Part shown: positions 58,900 to 64,000 of the stretch, piece after piece | Layout: the number at the start of each line of letters is the position of its first letter | Numbering within the stretch: the stretch's first letter is position 1 | Assembly (NCBI GenBank): GCA_010909165.1 | Contig: MU008194.1 | Location: 124,001-188,000 of the forward strand | Direction: 5' to 3' | DNA length: 64,000 nt | From: Anthoceros angustus | Lineage: Eukaryota; Plantae; Anthocerotophyta | Position numbers and translations under genes: made by a program | Notes under the pieces: model-generated | What the model was told of the DNA's origin: nothing | The model's input: the letters and a program-made list of their open reading frames with translations, nothing else | The model's database searches: none

Positions 58900-59400
58900 G
58901 AGTGTGCTTGTTGAAACCTTGAAACCGGGGGTAGAAAAATGAGGTAAGGATTGACATCCTTTGGTGAAGGTCTCAAAGGTGGAAATGCATGGCTGCAACT
59001 CAGCCATGCCAGGGATGTTCTATCTTCGGTGCGAGGGTTCAATGGATATTGGTCACTCAACGTTACCTTGATCTCTCGCCTGACAGCAACCCAAAAATGT
59101 CAGATGGAGTTCTGACGATAATAGCCTTTTTTGTGTGGGAGTGAAGAGCACAAATGAACCACCTTTTGTATGACGAATGGCCAGTTGACAGCAGGGGGAT
59201 GGCGTGTTGGTCGGGCAGAAAGTTATCAGAAGCTGGTTGTGAAAAACGCAACATCGCTATATGAAAGCTGTAGTGCTACTAGGTAAGCCAGTGCTGGAGA
59301 CGAAGTTCGTACTTCGACAGATTGGTACCACATTCAGAAAATCTTCAGTACTTGAGACAGGTGCCCCTTTTCCACAGTATACAAGCTGCCTATTGAGGAT
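58900..59400. pseudogene. RNF32: Fragmented RNF32, type C, with a strand switch at about 59210
   Basis: Minus-strand remnants of the last exons extend to 59210, followed by plus-strand exon 5, intron and IQ-exon start at 59211-59400. There are many substitutions relative to type A. Confidence 0.8.
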
Positions 59401-60057
59401 ACCACTGAATTCAGGCGAGTGTTCATGTTCCACATGACCTCTTCCACCCTTCGCTCGCGGAGTTATACGAGATGTCTTGATGGTGCCCTGAATACCGTTG
59501 TGGATAGCATGAGGCCTTTTTTGTTTCTTCTTTGGAATAAAGCCCTCAACCACAGAAACCGAACTTTTTCCCCTCGAACCCAACTCCTCCAATTTTGTGA
59601 AAGCGGTCCTCTACACCAAGCCCCTACATGCCGGTTGTACATGTGGGCATGTCCTGTGATGCAACATCTCTGACAGTCCCCACAACCCGAACAACTACAA
59701 GGAAGAGAAAACCACCGACCCAGAAAATGCTGTGACAGCGTATCGCAAGCTAAAAGATGGCACACAATCCACCTGAATAAGGTTATACAAGTTCTACTGG
59801 TGCTGCTCACGGAAAGCCGTTCTGTGACTGCCCACCCCCTTGTCAGTTTTGTAGTGAATGTTTTTGTTTGTGGCTGCTGAGAGGCAAGTCACCAGCTCGT
59901 GCAATACCAAACTCGATTCCCCACCAATCCTGTGGACCGACCGTGTCATGCACGTCCCACTGTCCCGCTTCTTCAGCTAAAGGTACGCAGCAGCAGAACG
60001 TGAAGACCTAAATAACTGGCAGTTCTGGGACTGGCTTCTTCCCGTCGTGTCTGTCAG

Positions 60058-61437
60058 ATGGATCAGGGCGGAGCAGCGTTGCAGATGTCCTTGACATAGA
60101 TAGATAGAACGATTTCCTGCATTCGTGCCCCATCTGCCGGGAATATTTCATAACGGATGACCAGATTCTCCTCTGTTGCTTCCCACGTCTTCCATCGGGT
60201 GAATGACAGAGGACTACCTGGCTGGCTCTGAATTACTGCTTCGGTGATGTGGGAGCTTGATAGAGGCTGAATTGACCCGGCAGCTGTGCCTGAGAAGTAT
60301 CGAACATTATTCACATCTCCGGTGTTGCCCTGTTTGTCGGGCAGGAAATTACAAGCTGGTTGTGAAAACGCAACATCGCTAAATGAAAGGTTAAGCGCTA
60401 CTGGGTAAGCCAGCGCTGGAGGAACTTCGTCCGTTGACAGATTGGAACCACATTACCATATCCTTCAGTGCTTGAGACAGGTGCCTTCTTCCACAGGCTT
60501 GAAACAGGGGCCTTCTTCCACAAGATATAAGCTGCCTATCAGGTATCCTCGAGGATACCTCATCAGAAAGTGCATGTCCACTCTTGCGATCCATTGGGCC
60601 AAAGGATCCGAGCAGGCCCATGCTGAAAGCTTCAGCGCTACTAGGTAGGCCAGTGCTGGAGACGAACTTTGTACTTTCTGGTAAATGTGTTACCAATTGA
60701 TCTGTGCAAAGTACAAAGTTCATCTCCAGGACTGGCCTACCTAGTAGCGCTGAAGCTTCCAGCATAAACATTGGTTACCACATTTACCAGATTGCACAGA
60801 TTGTTACCAGATTGGTACCAAATCTTCAGTACTTGACACAGGTGCCCCTTTTCCACAGGATACAAGCTGGCCTATCGAGGATAGCTAATCAGAAGAATGT
60901 ATGTCCCACTCTTGCGATATCCATCAAGCAAAAGGATCCCAGCAGGCCATGAAATGGTTAGCCAGCAAGGTCTGTTATCAAGTCAGAAGACAAGGCAACA
61001 AAACGCAGCAACTTTACATTATCCTAGGTGCACCTGTGTACTAACCTCCTTGATCCTCTGAGTTGAACACGGATCTGTTACTTGGACAAGTGGCAGTCGA
61101 CCATTCAGAAGCAGGTGCGATCTTCTTTTAGGGATCAACAACACCTTCATGTCTGCTCTTCACTCCCACACAAAATCGGCTATGGTCTGAAGTTTGTGGG
61201 TTGTTGACAGGCGAGAGATGAAGGTAATGTTGAGTGTCCGATCTGCATCGAACCCTTGCACAGAAGAAGAGGGCCATCCCGGGCATGGCTGAGTCGCAGC
61301 CATGTTTACATGCATATGGCTGCAACGTTTTTCATGCTGACTGCATTTTCACCAACGAGGACTTCCCAGAGAATATCAAACAAATCATCTCTGAAACGCC
61401 GATTGCAACAAGTAGCAGTCCGGCCAATGTAGCCTAA
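60058..61437 (+). pseudogene. RNF32: Degenerate RNF32, type B (right arm)
   Basis: Mirror of 54975-56365 with substitutions. Confidence 0.85.
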
Positions 61438-62037
61438 TTAAAATGCGGGATGGTGGGCCAGGAGATTGGTGCAACGCAGTCCAGCCTGGGCCAGGTCGTG
61501 TAATAATGCACTTGGAAGCTGGATGGCCCGCTGTAATACCTGTCCCTAAACAGGGGCCGGCAGTCTGGTCCAGTTGGCGCACGCATCCACAGGCCTGACA
61601 CCGCATTCTCAGCCTTGAATCTGCTGTGATTCATGATTGACAAGAGAGCCAGCCCATCAATTGCAATAATCGGAGGAACCTGGTGTCCCCCTTGTCAGGC
61701 CCGGCCATGAAGTTTCCCAATTAAACACAAGGAGGACGTCAACTTGTGCTCGCGAGCATGGGCAGGCTTCGACTGGACGAGGCTGCCGTGGTATCTTTAG
61801 TGTGGAATCATCCGGGCATAAACAGTTACCTGATTCACACAAGAAGATCCTACCGTACAGGGCCACAGTCCTCCGCATAGCAAGCGAGGCACGTGCTCGC
61901 TCTGGATGTCGGTTTTCCTGGCACGCCCGGGAGTATAAAGAGCGGCCTGCTCGACCTCACTCACACCGACAGACTCACCCACAAGTGCTGTCTTTTAGCA
62001 GGCTAGCAATTGGAGACTTGTAAGCGAGCTCGGTACC

Positions 62038-63132
62038 ATGGCGGTGCAGCTCGCAGCTGTGATTGTGGCGGTGTTGGCTCTGTCCGTGGCCAGCGATGTG
62101 GCAGGTAATTCGAAATTCTGTGAGATGGGTATTGTGAGGCGCAGCAGCAGGAACTCAGGTGTTTACAGCCCGCCCATCATTTGATGAGGCTCTGGAGTGC
62201 TGCAATCCGGGGTTGATTCTCATCCCGATTGTATCTGCTTGCAGCCGTAAGGTGGAAGCCGAAGCCGTGCAGCCAGGGCTACTACCGGGCTGCATCAAGG
62301 ACGACCCGTGTTCGTGGGCAGCGACGGCAAGCCTTTCTACTTCCACGGCCACAAGGACGCCGACTTCTGCATCGTCTCCGACTCCCACCTGCACGTGAAC
62401 GCCCACTTCATCGGCCGCCGGGCGGACCACATGTCGCGCGACTTCACCTGGGTGCAGTCCTCGGAATTCTCTTCGGCGACCACCAGTTGTACATCGGCGC
62501 CAGCAAGGTGAGCCCACACAGCTGCAGGACTTCTTCACCCGCATAGTATCCGGATCCGTGAGAAGCAGGAGTGATCGATGCGTGCATCCATCGATGTCGT
62601 GGCTGCAGGTGGCCACCTTCGACAACGCCGTGGACTACCTGGAGATGTCCCTGGACGCCTTCCCGATCCTCCTCCCGCAGGTGAAGGACGCCGCCTGGAG
62701 CGCGCCCCACGCCGGCCTGACCGTCACCAGGTCCGAGAGCCGCAACGGCGTCGTCATCGAGGTGGACGACCAGTTCTCCTCTCCGTGCTCGTCGTGCCCG
62801 TCACCGAAGCCGACAGCAACCGCCACGGCTACGGCATCACCCCGGACAACTGCTTCGCCCACCTGGAGCTCAACTTCCAGTTCAAGGCGCTCACGCCGTC
62901 CGTGTCTGGAGTCCTGGGCCAGACCTACGCGCCCGGCTTCCAGCACCAGCAGAAGAAGGCCGGCCAGAGCATGCCCATGCTCACCCAAGAGGCCTCCTTC
63001 CTCTCTTCGGACATCATGTCCGCCGACTGCAAGGTCGCCAATTTCCGAGGACAAATCTCCAGCGAGGTCACTGTGGTCGACTTCCCTCGGACCACATGCT
63101 CCGGCGGCTCTGGCCTCGTCTGCCGTCGCTGA
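62038..63132 (+). CDS. Root-cap-domain protein, type B (right arm; apparent homopolymer frameshifts)
   Basis: Mirror of 53282-54375, with frameshifts at different homopolymers than in the left arm. Confidence 0.78.
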
Positions 63133-64000
63133 ATCCAATTCGATTCAATTTTAGAGTAGTTCAATTCAATTCATTGCACTTGACAGTGAACACTGTCATA
63201 GTGTGCACACAGTGGTGAGGCAGCTGGTCCTCCCATCTCTGTTCATAGCATCTCTCCTTTCTTCCATATAATTGCAGGCAAGGAGGGAACATAGACGGAT
63301 TTCGAGATAGCGTGGAGCACAAGAACTTGTTGCCTGGCATACTGCAATGGGCAAATTGTGTACCGTGCTCCATAATAGCAGTGAAAGAGGCTGTCTGATT
63401 TTACAGAAGCAGCAACGTTGCCTCGGTAGCTGGAGATTACGTTGGTGGTGGAGGGGCACTAGCGCGAGGCTTTGCACTTCATGCAGCCTTCGCGAGTTTA
63501 TGCACGCACAGCTTTCGTTAGAATTCCACAACCTCAACAACTACTACAAGACAGGCAAGACTACCAACCAAAATGCTGTGACAGCGCATCGCAAGCTGCT
63601 GGGTCGTGGAATCCACGTCTACCAGAAGGCCCAAGTCCCATCCATTCCAGGTCATTCCTGCAACGTTAACAGCGGGATCTCATCATTTTGAATTTGAACA
63701 CGCATCCCCTCCTTCCAACTTCCAACTTGGCCGTTCCTCCGGGAGCAGCACAACCGTTTAGCCTCATGGCGGTCTGTTAACCCTTACAATCTGGCATATA
63801 TATTAATGCAGTGCTAGTACACAAGTCGAACGATATGCATACATACAGACATGGATGGACTGTCAGGCCAGTTTGTCCTATTCAAACTTCGAACCATGAG
63901 AAGTGAAGGTCAGGCTACTGATCTTTTCTACTTGCTGTGTTCCAAGTCCATCATGTCAAGCTCCCCTTGCAATTGATGGTTGGGCTGTCTGCAGACTCTT

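Larger units (their letters stand above)
52555..63867. repeat. Large inverted repeat: arms about 52555-57025 and 59398-63867 (about 4.5 kb), spacer about 2.4 kb
   Basis: The arms are reverse complements with scattered substitutions and more divergence at the outer ~200 bp. The inner junction uses the microhomology GATACC (59398-59403 vs 57020-57025). Confidence 0.95.

Noticed and set aside
27800-63132. Programmed frameshifting or true pseudogenisation of the type A and B Root-cap genes
   Set aside because: The indels sit mostly in homopolymers and differ between otherwise near-identical copies, which is the signature of long-read error. They cannot be accepted without polishing.

Overview
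This is eukaryotic nuclear DNA, most likely from a seed-free land plant. That is inferred from short GT-AG introns of about 65-250 bp, a PLS-class PPR gene, an RNF32 orthologue and Ty1/copia elements. Bases 1-5.1 kb are AT-rich relic and repeat DNA. They are followed by an intronless coiled-coil RING-HC gene, a 6-exon biotin synthase (BIO2), and a two-LTR Copia element with an unexplained ORF between PBS and gag and an internally inverted 2.3-kb segment. Next come a 3-exon DUF2431 gene, a 1200-aa PLS-E+ PPR gene and a spliced SHAQKY-type MYB gene that the ORF track misses. From about 25 kb onward the window is dominated by one cassette, [MYB 5' end]-RNF32-secreted Root-cap-domain gene-3' flank. 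It occurs as three sequence types (A, B, C) in direct and inverted copies joined at short microhomologies, and forms two multi-kb inverted repeats (about 32.4-40.0 kb and 52.6-63.9 kb). A LINE 3' end, a second error-rich Copia and a scrambled unclassified retro-like element lie between them. Much of 29.2-36.3 kb and 40.9-51 kb shows deletion-rich noise and microhomology jumps typical of chimeric or low-coverage long-read assembly, so copy numbers and frameshifts there need read-level checks. The B and C copies also differ by substitutions and look real. All identity estimates were made by eye.
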